In this document: positions 9,416-18,020 of the stretch, piece after piece | How positions within the stretch are numbered: the stretch's first letter is position 1 | Layout of the letters: each line of letters starts with the position of its first letter | IMG/VR virus record: IMGVR_UViG_3300042868_009074 | Location: 186,001 to 250,000 of that record | Strand: one strand, 5' to 3' | DNA length: 64,000 nt | Notes under the pieces: generated by a model | Database searches by the model: none | Seen by the model: only the letters and a program-made list of their open reading frames with translations | Told to the model about the DNA's origin: nothing | Made by a program: the position numbers and the translations under genes

Positions 9416-10393
9416 ATGGAAGAATCTAAATCACTTGAATTAGCGATTGCCCAACTCGAAAGACAATTTGGAATTGGTGCAGTAATGAAGTTAGGTGCTC
9501 ATACCTCAGAGCCTTGGCCATCAGTGTCAACGGGAGCACCAACGTTAGATAAGATACTAGGGATTGGCGGATTGCCACTAGGTCGTGTTGTAGAAATTTA
9601 TGGACCAGAATCATCTGGCAAATCTACAATTGCACTATCTACAGTAGCACAAGCTCAAAAGCAAGGACTACGTTGTGCATATATAGATGCCGAACATGCG
9701 TTAGATCCAGGTTACATGACTGCACTTGGTGTAGATCTAGATGAACTATTACTTGCGCAACCAGATTACGGCGAGCAAGCATTAGAGATTGTAGATAAGC
9801 TCATTAGGACCGGAGAGGTCGGCCTTATCGTTATAGACTCAGTTGCGGCACTTGTGCCCAAGGCAGAGCTTGAAGGCGATATGGAGGCCAACCAGATGGG
9901 TCTGCAGGCACGTATGATGTCTAAGGCATTACGTAAGATCGTAGCACTTGCTAACGAGCATAAAACTCTTGTTATATTTATTAACCAGCTTCGCATGAAG
10001 ATAGGTATCATGTTTGGTAACCCAGAGACCACTCCTGGTGGTCGAGCACTACCTTACGCAGCATCTGTACGTCTAGATATTCGCAAGAAAGAAGATCTTA
10101 AGGACAAGGCCGGCGATTCAATTGGAATTAAGGTCAAAGCTAAGGTTATCAAGAATAAGATGGCACCCCCACTTAAGGTAACTGAGTTTGATATCTATTA
10201 CGGTAAGGGTGTGGACATGTATGGTTCTTTGTTGGACCTTGGATTCATGTCTGGAATCTTTACACAAAAGGGAGCTTGGGTTTACTATAATGGTGAGATG
10301 TTTTCTCAAGGAAGAGACAACGCCATCAATAAGCTCAAAGAAGACGAGAATGTTTACAAAGAAATTGCTAAGCTTTTAGATTATGAAAGCTGA
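9416..10393 (+). CDS. recA: Recombinase RecA
   Basis: GPESSGKST, IDAEHALDP, VIDSVAALVP, INQLRMKIG, GNPETTPGGRAL, KNKMAPP. Confidence 0.97.
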   Translation: MEESKSLELAIAQLERQFGIGAVMKLGAHTSEPWPSVSTGAPTLDKILGIGGLPLGRVVEIYGPESSGKSTIALSTVAQAQKQGLRCAYIDAEHALDPGYMTALGVDLDELLLAQPDYGEQALEIVDKLIRTGEVGLIVIDSVAALVPKAELEGDMEANQMGLQARMMSKALRKIVALANEHKTLVIFINQLRMKIGIMFGNPETTPGGRALPYAASVRLDIRKKEDLKDKAGDSIGIKVKAKVIKNKMAPPLKVTEFDIYYGKGVDMYGSLLDLGFMSGIFTQKGAWVYYNGEMFSQGRDNAINKLKEDENVYKEIAKLLDYES

Positions 10394-10541
10394 ACAACTA
10401 AAACTAGACCCTTGCCCTGAATGCCCAGTACCAATGAATGTTTTAATAAAACCATTGGCTGTTAAAGAAGGCGAATGTCAAAGCTTTGGAATCTCTTGTA
10501 GAGAGTGTGGCGAAAAATGGACCGAGGAAATAGAAGGTTGA
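10383..10541 (+). CDS. Small zinc-ribbon protein (52 aa)
   Basis: MKAEQLKLDPCPECP...SCRECGEKW; overlaps the recA stop. Confidence 0.6.
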   Translation: MKAEQLKLDPCPECPVPMNVLIKPLAVKEGECQSFGISCRECGEKWTEEIEG

Positions 10542-10542
10542 T

Positions 10543-10683
10543 ATGTCGCTAGCTGGCTTTAGAAAAGTTACTAAAGGCGATGAGAACGGTATAGACCCTT
10601 GGTCAGTAAACTACTACTGGGATGGAGAGAAATGGGTTATCAAGAACTCAGATCAAGATCCACCAGTTGAAGATGTACCCTAA
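10543..10683 (+). CDS. Small hypothetical protein
   Basis: Starts 1 nt after the previous stop (MSLAGFRKV...). Confidence 0.45.
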   Translation: MSLAGFRKVTKGDENGIDPWSVNYYWDGEKWVIKNSDQDPPVEDVP

Positions 10684-10743
10684 GATTAATCCCAACTTTC
10701 CCCGCAAATTTTTTTTGTAATTTTTAAGGTTAATGGAGTCTAT

Positions 10744-11007
10744 CTATTTCTTGCCACGGTTACGGCCACGGTTTATAGCTGGTGACTCTGGGACCATTCT
10801 GCCGTCTTTAGTGTGTGACATGTCTTTGCCACCCTTGCCCATAATCCCACGGCTACGACGTTCAGCTGATAACTCACGACGCTTTGCTAATTGCTCAGGC
10901 TTTGTGTTGAATGCCTTATTATAAGCGTCCTTCTTAGCCTTAGCTGCTGGGTTCTTAGAGTAGAACTGTGAAGATGATCTTGGCTTAGAAGCCTTACGTG
11001 GTGCCAT
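10744..11007 (-). CDS. Small basic protein with HNH-like remnant
   Basis: GKDMSHTKDG...INRGRN; AAGGA RBS. Confidence 0.65.
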   Translation of the reverse strand: MAPRKASKPRSSSQFYSKNPAAKAKKDAYNKAFNTKPEQLAKRRELSAERRSRGIMGKGGKDMSHTKDGRMVPESPAINRGRNRGKK

Positions 11008-11009
11008 TA

Positions 11010-11276
11010 TTACATCCTTAATGAACTTATATCATAGTTCGGATAATTTGAAGCTATATCTCTTGCTGCTGATGTATGAGATGATCCACCTTCTCTCATC
11101 CATTCATATTGTTTCTGAGGGCTAGCTACACTAGTGAAATCACCAGTAACTGTAATACCCTTAGATCTGTTCCTGTAGCTTCTTACGCCTGCTGCTACAC
11201 CCAAAGCTCCCATACCTCCAAGAGCCATTTTACCACCTGCTGATTTAGGTATGAGGCCAAATCTTGCTGAGGACAT
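11010..11276 (-). CDS. Small hypothetical protein with hydrophobic segment
   Basis: AAGGA RBS; MALGGMGALGVAAGV. Confidence 0.65.
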   Translation of the reverse strand: MSSARFGLIPKSAGGKMALGGMGALGVAAGVRSYRNRSKGITVTGDFTSVASPQKQYEWMREGGSSHTSAARDIASNYPNYDISSLRM

Positions 11277-11345
11277 ATATCATTTCCTTGTCATTTTAGT
11301 GTACTATGTTAGTATAGTAAAACCATTTACGGAAAGATAGAACCT

Positions 11346-11639
11346 ATGAGCCTAAACTTTTGGGAACTAATCTATAAGTTCTTTAGTGAAGACCATGATG
11401 AAGGTAAAGATATCGTAGAATATCAGTTTGAGGGTATAGATGACAGTCAATGTGTCATCACTGCTCACAAAGAGGGTGAAAGTGTATTAGTTATTAATCT
11501 CATTGAAATGGATCAATGGGAAATGATTCAAGATATAGCTGATATCACAAACACCCAGATCTCAGATGTAGTTAAAGGATTATCTCCGCAAGAAATCGAT
11601 CAAATACGCCTGGATCTGGGTGAGATGGATTTAGATTAA
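11346..11639 (+). CDS. Acidic hypothetical protein
   Basis: 97 aa ORF, divergent from 11276. Confidence 0.65.
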   Translation: MSLNFWELIYKFFSEDHDEGKDIVEYQFEGIDDSQCVITAHKEGESVLVINLIEMDQWEMIQDIADITNTQISDVVKGLSPQEIDQIRLDLGEMDLD

Positions 11640-12269
11640 CGCCATCTTACCTTTTGTGTCATTAAGGTAAGTCTTTTGATGAATATCGTATAATACGACT
11701 CCATATGCTTCTTGAGCGTAACGTTGTGTGGTTAACGGTGAAATCAATGTTGGAATCAACTGATTCACATGTGCGCAAGCTAATGGTGAGTATTTTAGGC
11801 TCTTGCCGTAGAGATTGTAGATCTTAGTCTTTTTATATACAGACTTAACTGTATTGCCGTATACCTTTTCTTGATCTTCTCGCAAGTTATTGATGAAAAC
11901 CGCCCCATCAAATGTGAAGCCATAATTCACATAGAGATCGAATAACATCTCACAGTCTTGACCATGACCTATAAAGATCTTTTTATTATATCCAGACTCA
12001 AAGCTATTCTTTAAGGACGGATATATCTCATTAGTCTTTTCTATTGAAAGTTTATTATTATTGTATGGTATTAGAGCTATATCATGTTCATTAGCAAATA
12101 ACTTAGTAAAGCTATTGGTAAGGGACTTAGTGAATAGTCTTTCGGATCCTAGGATCAGGTTGTCTTGTGTCTTTAATAGCACTTTTATATCCTTTGATTT
12201 GTTTGGCATTTGATTAATAGTTTCTCTTGTATCAGTAGGATTCTGAGAATCCATAGTTATCTGTGTCAT
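11631..12269 (-). CDS. Hypothetical protein, possibly a degenerate alpha/beta-hydrolase fold
   Basis: IFIGHGQDC resembles a GHSxG elbow without the Ser. Confidence 0.6.
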   Translation of the reverse strand: MTQITMDSQNPTDTRETINQMPNKSKDIKVLLKTQDNLILGSERLFTKSLTNSFTKLFANEHDIALIPYNNNKLSIEKTNEIYPSLKNSFESGYNKKIFIGHGQDCEMLFDLYVNYGFTFDGAVFINNLREDQEKVYGNTVKSVYKKTKIYNLYGKSLKYSPLACAHVNQLIPTLISPLTTQRYAQEAYGVVLYDIHQKTYLNDTKGKMALI

Positions 12270-12450
12270 AGTCTAGGTATCTATCGTTATTTGAGTAACC
12301 ATAGTATACGGAAGCATATGTGTGGGCGTCTTCTATTGGTTCATCAGCATATACGAGACAGTCTGGACAACGTAGTGTTGTTTCAGCTGCGCCTTCATCT
12401 ATTATGAACTCTGATGAGCATTTTGTACAGGTGGTATATTCCATAGTCAT
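12232..12450 (-). CDS. Small zinc-ribbon protein
   Basis: CTKC...RCPDC; AAAGGA RBS. Confidence 0.65.
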   Translation of the reverse strand: MTMEYTTCTKCSSEFIIDEGAAETTLRCPDCLVYADEPIEDAHTYASVYYGYSNNDRYLDYDTDNYGFSESY

Positions 12451-12508
12451 TGGATTCTATCCTTTTGTTTTTTGGGGCGGATCATCGCCTTTGTGGTTAG
12501 TGAGTGAA

Positions 12509-12537
12509 ACATTATCGGTTGATTTGTGGTTTGTCAA
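12509..12537 (-). promoter_or_regulatory. Sigma70-type promoter for the leftward genes
   Basis: TTGACA-17 nt-TAATGT on the minus strand. Confidence 0.45.
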
Positions 12538-12766
12538 CCTAGGTGGGAATATTTGTAAGAAAAATTTTTTGGACTGTAATGATTGTATGTGAACCTATAT
12601 ATACATATATAAAAGTCATATAGGGGAAAAGTTGAGAAAATTTATAAAGGGGTAATAGTATATTATATGTATATGTTTATATCTTTAACATGCCCACCGG
12701 GTCTATGTAGGATATATATATGTTTTAAAGTTTATAATGTCACTATGAGTACTAGGAGGTACCGAC

Positions 12767-12961
12767 ATGTCCCTATTCACACCACTAACACAAGCCGAGT
12801 TCGAGGCTAAGTGCGCTGCAAAGCGTGCGAAAGGCGTATCAGCACGTCAGAAGAACAACGCACAAGTAACTGCAGTAACACAGCAGGTACGCATGCAAGT
12901 AGTACAACCAGCGTTGGGCTACATCACAGCTCGCGACAAGAGCGTCCCTACAACCATCTAG
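12767..12961 (+). CDS. Cassette protein, 64 aa, copy 1
   Basis: AGGAGG RBS; paralogue of 13403-13597 with mostly synonymous or conservative changes. Confidence 0.85.
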   Translation: MSLFTPLTQAEFEAKCAAKRAKGVSARQKNNAQVTAVTQQVRMQVVQPALGYITARDKSVPTTI

Positions 12962-13061
12962 TCTTCGGACTGCTCTGGTCCCTCACTTCCCCGTAAGGGG
13001 GGTGAGGGTTAAAGGAGTATATATCTTTAAATTATAGTATGCTCGTGAAAGGAGTATTATC

Positions 13062-13208
13062 ATGTTTACACTATTAACATCATTGTTCACTATCATCGGA
13101 TTCGCACTCACCAAGGGTGTATGGATCTTCGGTGCGTACACGCTCGTACGTAAGTACGACGTAGTGAACGTAATCAAGGCTCGCGTTCAGGACTCTTCGG
13201 AGTTCTGA
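13062..13208 (+). CDS. Cassette membrane peptide (48 aa)
   Basis: GAAAGGAG RBS; MFTLLTSLFTIIGFALTKGVWIFGAY... Confidence 0.7.
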   Translation: MFTLLTSLFTIIGFALTKGVWIFGAYTLVRKYDVVNVIKARVQDSSEF

Positions 13209-13402
13209 GCGTAAGCTAAGAAAAGGTATATATATTTAAATCTTATAGTGAGCAGCAATGCACACGTGTCGTTAGAGTTTGTATTTAGGAGGAACAATGT
13301 CAGCAACCGTTCAGGTCTAGAGTTGAGGTGTGTTGTTGTTTCAACAATGTTATATATCTTTAAATATTATAGTGTCTCTATTAGTACTTAGGAGGTACAG
13401 AC

Positions 13403-13597
13403 ATGTCATTATTCACACCACTATCACAGGCCGAGTTCGAGGCTGCGTGCGCTGCAAAGCGTGCGAAAGGCGTCCAAGCACGTCAGAAGAACAACGCTGC
13501 AGTCCAGGCTGTATCACAGCAGGTACGTATGCAGGTCATTGCTCCGGCAATGGGTTACATCACGACTCGTGACAAGAGCGTTCCAACAACCATCTAG
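13403..13597 (+). CDS. Cassette protein, 64 aa, copy 2
   Basis: AGGAGG RBS; paralogue of 12767-12961. Confidence 0.85.
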   Translation: MSLFTPLSQAEFEAACAAKRAKGVQARQKNNAAVQAVSQQVRMQVIAPAMGYITTRDKSVPTTI

Positions 13598-13717
13598 TCT
13601 TCGGACTACTCTGGTCCCTCACTTCCCCGTAAGGGGGGTGAGGGTTAAAGGAGTATATATCCTTTAAATCTTATAGTGACGCAAGGAAACCCAAGTACTT
13701 GTATCAGAAAGGTAAAC

Positions 13718-13969
13718 ATGTTTACATTAGCGCAAGTTGACGCACTCATCAACACGGCTATCAGCAAGGGCGATCTGCTCCACTACAACGGTGGTCAGGC
13801 TTACATCCGTTACGGTAACAACGTGATCATCATTGATCATGCTTGTCTTCCAGTAACAATGGAAGTCCACACCGGTGGATGGGCAGAGTCCTACATTGCA
13901 GAAAACCGTGGTGGTGGATACACTCACCACACGTCGCACTTGGCCGAGCTCCATCCGGAACTCGTCTAA
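13718..13969 (+). CDS. Cassette hypothetical protein
   Basis: GAAAGG RBS before MFTLAQVDALI; GCAA-tetraloop hairpin follows. Confidence 0.75.
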   Translation: MFTLAQVDALINTAISKGDLLHYNGGQAYIRYGNNVIIIDHACLPVTMEVHTGGWAESYIAENRGGGYTHHTSHLAELHPELV

Positions 13970-14057
13970 TCGCCAGCCTGTTCCCCCGCAAGGGGGACGG
14001 GCACCAAGGATTATAGTTCTTTAAATTATAGTATGAATTCCATGAAAGGGGATAAAC

Positions 14058-14162
14058 GTGAAGACTTTACGTTCTGCGTACTATGTTACGTACATCGTGT
14101 CAGCGATTCTTTCGTTCGTTGCTTTGGCTTTTGCCTACAAGCATCGCGACGAGATTCTCTGA
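14058..14162 (+). CDS. Cassette membrane peptide (34 aa)
   Basis: GAAAGGGG RBS, GTG start, one hydrophobic helix. Confidence 0.6.
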   Translation: MKTLRSAYYVTYIVSAILSFVALAFAYKHRDEIL

Positions 14163-14455
14163 CCAACCGCTCCGGCTGCCTCTCCCCCAGGCAAGTCGGG
14201 TAAGTCGGTTACTGTTATATATCTTTAGTTTATAGCCCACTATCACGGCTAGCCTATGTCCACATAGTGGGATAGGGTAGGCATAGTGATGTATATATGT
14301 ATGTATGTATTGTACATACCTTTAAATCATAGTATGAGCGATATGCAACTGGGTACCAGAGCTATCGTGGACTTGGTCTTTACTTCCCTTTTGGGAGGTA
14401 GAGACTACTGATTTATATATCTTTAAATTATAGTTTGCTCGTGAAAGGAGTTATT

Positions 14456-14617
14456 ATGTGGACATGTGGACACTGCACTAAGGAAATTGAAGACAAGTAT
14501 GATTACTGTGGATGGTGTGAATACTGTGGATGCACGTTGGATGATCATCGTTGCGTTTGCAAATGTGGTTCTACCGATGTGGAAGATCATGATTGCACTG
14601 GAGTTGGCTCAGCGTAA
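14456..14617 (+). CDS. Cassette Cys-rich peptide
   Basis: GAAAGGAG RBS; CGHC, CGWC, CGC, CVCKC. Confidence 0.7.
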   Translation: MWTCGHCTKEIEDKYDYCGWCEYCGCTLDDHRCVCKCGSTDVEDHDCTGVGSA

Positions 14618-14679
14618 GCTGGGTTAACTTCCCTGATTTATATACCTTTAAATTTCATAGAGAACTTAGGAGGTTCATT

Positions 14680-14850
14680 ATGGCTAAGAAAGCTATTATC
14701 TGTCGGCACTCTATCTGGTCGTTGATTAGCGACGATTCACGTCGTGCACTCATCACCCTCATCGAGGCTAACGTTGAGTTTGCTAATCGTCAGCTCAAGT
14801 TTGAGTTGGTTAATGGTCAGCTCAAGAAGGCCCCAGCGAAAGCTGGGTAA
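14680..14850 (+). CDS. Cassette hypothetical protein (56 aa)
   Basis: AGGAGG RBS; ends KKAPAKAG inside a hairpin. Confidence 0.75.
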   Translation: MAKKAIICRHSIWSLISDDSRRALITLIEANVEFANRQLKFELVNGQLKKAPAKAG

Positions 14851-14907
14851 CCTTCAACTATTTATATATCTTTAAATTATAGTATGTCCCTACAGAATGG
14901 AGATTAC

Positions 14908-15162
14908 ATGTATTACGTGTATCTACGACGTCGTATTGCGGTAGCAGTTGTACTGTTTATCGCCTTTATCCCAGTCATCAAGGTGCTCGTTCAAGAGCCA
15001 CCTGCCGATTGCGACCATGCATTGCATGTTGTTGCAAGAGGCGAGACTATTTGGTCAATCGCACATGCGCATTGCACCTCCGGTATCATCACCGCCATTG
15101 ATCAATTGGTAGATCAGTATGGTGGTGTTATCGATGTCGGTGACCGCATTCAGTTGCCTTGA
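14908..15162 (+). CDS. Membrane-anchored LysM-domain protein
   Basis: YLRRRIAVAVV TM segment, then HVVARGETIWSIA...IDVGDRIQLP. Confidence 0.8.
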   Translation: MYYVYLRRRIAVAVVLFIAFIPVIKVLVQEPPADCDHALHVVARGETIWSIAHAHCTSGIITAIDQLVDQYGGVIDVGDRIQLP

Positions 15163-15488
15163 CCAGGTCAAGTACACTCAGCCTTTTAGGTTGGGTGTAT
15201 TTGGCTATTGTATATATCTTTAAATCTTATAGTGGGAGAGATGGCACAGACAAGACTCATCCCGCTGCAGACGTGCAGTCCGGTTCGTCATGAACTGGGA
15301 TCTTGTTGGTAGTCACTGATCTTACCCGCTTAAGAGCGGTGCAGTGACTATTTACCTAATTGTTATATATCTTTAAATTATAGAGTGAGAAGCAATTGCA
15401 AACCGATGGGGCACTGGACTGCAGTGCATTGTTTCTTATTGTGTATATATCTTTAAATTTTATAGTGTGACTTGTGAAAGGAGTTATT

Positions 15489-15668
15489 ATGTCTAATGTA
15501 GACGAAGACGGACGTGGAGCATGTGTGAAATGTGGTCGTAATCAAGTATTGATTGATGAACTATGTGAAATGTGTGACAATGGGTTCACCCTAAAGGAAA
15601 TCAACATGTTTGAAACATGGTTGGCCGTTGGGGCACCCGGCGAGACCCCCTGGAGTAATCCAGGGTAA
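15489..15668 (+). CDS. Cassette zinc-finger peptide
   Basis: CVKC...CEMC; GAAAGGAG RBS. Confidence 0.7.
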   Translation: MSNVDEDGRGACVKCGRNQVLIDELCEMCDNGFTLKEINMFETWLAVGAPGETPWSNPG

Positions 15669-15764
15669 GTCCGTTGTATTTATACACCTTTAGTCCATAG
15701 TCCACTATCACGCGCAGGGTGATTATATATCTTTAAATACTTTAGTGAACTAAGGAGGTTCATT

Positions 15765-15920
15765 ATGTATTATGATTTTGACAAAGATGCTTGGTATTGT
15801 TCGACTTGTCACATCGATCTCAAGCAGATGGTTATTGACTATGACCCAGATTGTGGTGAATGCGAGTCTGCCATTTACACACTTCTGGTCAGTGGTGATC
15901 ACGACGTTTCGGCGTCGTGA
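15765..15920 (+). CDS. Cassette zinc-finger peptide (51 aa)
   Basis: AAGGAGG RBS; WYCSTC...DCGEC. Confidence 0.7.
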   Translation: MYYDFDKDAWYCSTCHIDLKQMVIDYDPDCGECESAIYTLLVSGDHDVSAS

Positions 15921-16111
15921 TTATCCACTTGTATATATCTTTTAAATTTTATAGTGAGTTGCCAACAAAACCAACCAGCGAAGTGGTTCTTCGGGTCTAG
16001 CACAGCACTAGGCGATAATGCAACTAAGATCTTCGGGAGTCATTCTCCCGAGGATCTATGCTGAAAGGTATATATCTTTAAATTATAGTTCGACTTTTGA
16101 AAGGAGTTATT

Positions 16112-16306
16112 ATGAGATTATTTATTATGCCAGATGGAAAAGGCGAAGGCGTCGATGCTGTGGTCTGTGAACGTTGTATTGAAAATGACTACGACATCAA
16201 CGAGAACAACGGTATGAGTGACCTTGAGCAGCAGCGCTACTTAAACGGGCTCGATGTTGCACCTGCTGCATCGTATTGTTGGTTGTGTGGAGTTGACTCG
16301 GCTTAG
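16112..16306 (+). CDS. Cassette zinc-finger peptide
   Basis: CERC...CWLC; GAAAGGAG RBS. Confidence 0.7.
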   Translation: MRLFIMPDGKGEGVDAVVCERCIENDYDINENNGMSDLEQQRYLNGLDVAPAASYCWLCGVDSA

Positions 16307-16372
16307 GCTGGGTTAACTCTCATGTCTTATATACCTTTAAATACTTATATGAACTCTTGAAAGGAGAACACA

Positions 16373-16606
16373 ATGAAGAATGCGATTTTATTCTTTCGTA
16401 ACATTGGCAATCCACACGGCATGGAATGGCGCAAGATTGGCTGTTTCAACATTTGGGCTTTTAGCGACTGGGCTGATTACGCAGGCTCTGGCTTGCATTG
16501 GAGCACCCATGACCGTTGCCTCGTGTTGAAAACATCCGCGAACAAGCGTAAATCTTGGAAGACCATTACACTTCTGCGTTTGCCCAAGGAAGGGACCTCA
16601 GCTTAG
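16373..16606 (+). CDS. Cassette hypothetical protein
   Basis: GAAAGGAG RBS; 77 aa. Confidence 0.7.
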   Translation: MKNAILFFRNIGNPHGMEWRKIGCFNIWAFSDWADYAGSGLHWSTHDRCLVLKTSANKRKSWKTITLLRLPKEGTSA

Positions 16607-16811
16607 GCTGAGGGACTTTTCCTTGTTTATATATCTTTAAATTTCATAGTGGTAGGCTGTACCGACGGCTATTCGATGGTCGGAGTAAATGGTGGGTCAA
16701 CACAGCGCAGGCTCCATCAGCTGGGTACCAGAAAGCTCAGAACGTTTATCGTTCTGGGTTTTTCTATTATTATATATCTTTAAATTTCATAGCGAACTAA
16801 GGAGGTTCAAC

Positions 16812-16970
16812 ATGTTTGTTACTAACTGTCCTCGTTGCGGGCAACTTGCGCCTGACTTTGAGAGTCCATCACATCAAGACGAATGGTGTTTTCATCATCG
16901 TTTGAATGGATTTGGCGAAGTCGTTGTTTCTGACGACGATTACCAGTCATCGGACGACGAGCCCTTTTAG
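16812..16970 (+). CDS. Cassette peptide with CPRC motif
   Basis: AAGGAGG RBS before MFVTNCPRCG. Confidence 0.7.
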   Translation: MFVTNCPRCGQLAPDFESPSHQDEWCFHHRLNGFGEVVVSDDDYQSSDDEPF

Positions 16971-17029
16971 GGTTCGTTGTTTGAGCTTTATATATCTTTA
17001 AATTTCATAGTGACCTAAGGAGGTTCATT

Positions 17030-17371
17030 ATGGCAACAACGCCATCCGTCACATCCCTACTATTACAACAGGAAGATTTGCAAACGCAAATTGATTCTGT
17101 TGACAGCAAGATTGCTGCGCTTCATCAGACCATGAAGGAGTGCGAGTCTCAAATCAACGCTTATGAGCAGGACCGTAAGCGTCTTGATTATTTGACTTGG
17201 GAGATTCAGAAGGCTTTGGCCAAGGCTGTCTGCCCTACTAACCAAGTTCTTCTTCGGTTCTCTAGTACTCTCAACGCTCTTCGGAATCCTGACCATCCGA
17301 GCTATGGAGCACTAGCGATTGACCAACGCTTTGCAGCCCTTGGCTTTACTCAGTCTTCTTCGGAAGGCTGA
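17030..17371 (+). CDS. Cassette coiled-coil protein
   Basis: AAGGAGG RBS; heptad pattern. Confidence 0.8.
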   Translation: MATTPSVTSLLLQQEDLQTQIDSVDSKIAALHQTMKECESQINAYEQDRKRLDYLTWEIQKALAKAVCPTNQVLLRFSSTLNALRNPDHPSYGALAIDQRFAALGFTQSSSEG

Positions 17372-17425
17372 GTTTAGCTGGATTATATATCTTTAAATTA
17401 TAGTGGGACGAAAGGAGTCATCATC

Positions 17426-17614
17426 ATGAATGACTGGGTAACACCAAAAATGGTGGACCAAGCTTTAGACTTTGCAGAACTACATCAACGTTCAAACAAG
17501 TTTTGTCGTGCAATGTTTCTGACCTTCAGGGCTAAGGGTAACTTGTCTGACAAGCAGGTTCTCAAGCTGTTGGAAATCAAAGCTGGTTACCGCCGCAGTG
17601 CTCGAGCTTCTTAG
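17426..17614 (+). CDS. Cassette hypothetical protein
   Basis: GAAAGGAG RBS; GNLSDKQV motif. Confidence 0.75.
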   Translation: MNDWVTPKMVDQALDFAELHQRSNKFCRAMFLTFRAKGNLSDKQVLKLLEIKAGYRRSARAS

Positions 17615-17867
17615 CTCGGGTTACTGTGGTCTTTATATATATCTTTAGCTTATAGTTGTCGTCCACTATCACGCGCCAGCTTGTATGCACATAGTGCTAT
17701 ACAGATGGTGTAGTGATTATACTGTGTGTATATCTTTAAATCTTATAGTGCCGACTGGAGTTGTAACAAGGACTGTCCGGGCACACAAGGATTGCATCTC
17801 TGACGAGAGATGTAGTCTTGTATCTATATAGATCTTTAAATGTCATAGTGTCCTTAGGAGGTACACT

Positions 17868-18020
17868 ATGTCCGCTATTTGCGCACGTTGTCGCTTGGAA
17901 AGCAACAACATCACACCACAGTCCATCGACCACATCCGTGGTCATTACGCAGCATTCCATGCTGCTTCGTCGAAGCCTCGCAAGGCTCGTGCGAAGAAGG
18001 CCCCAGCGAAAGCTGGGTGA
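17868..18020 (+). CDS. Cassette basic peptide (50 aa)
   Basis: AGGAGG RBS; MSAICARC...KKAPAKAG. Confidence 0.7.
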   Translation: MSAICARCRLESNNITPQSIDHIRGHYAAFHAASSKPRKARAKKAPAKAG

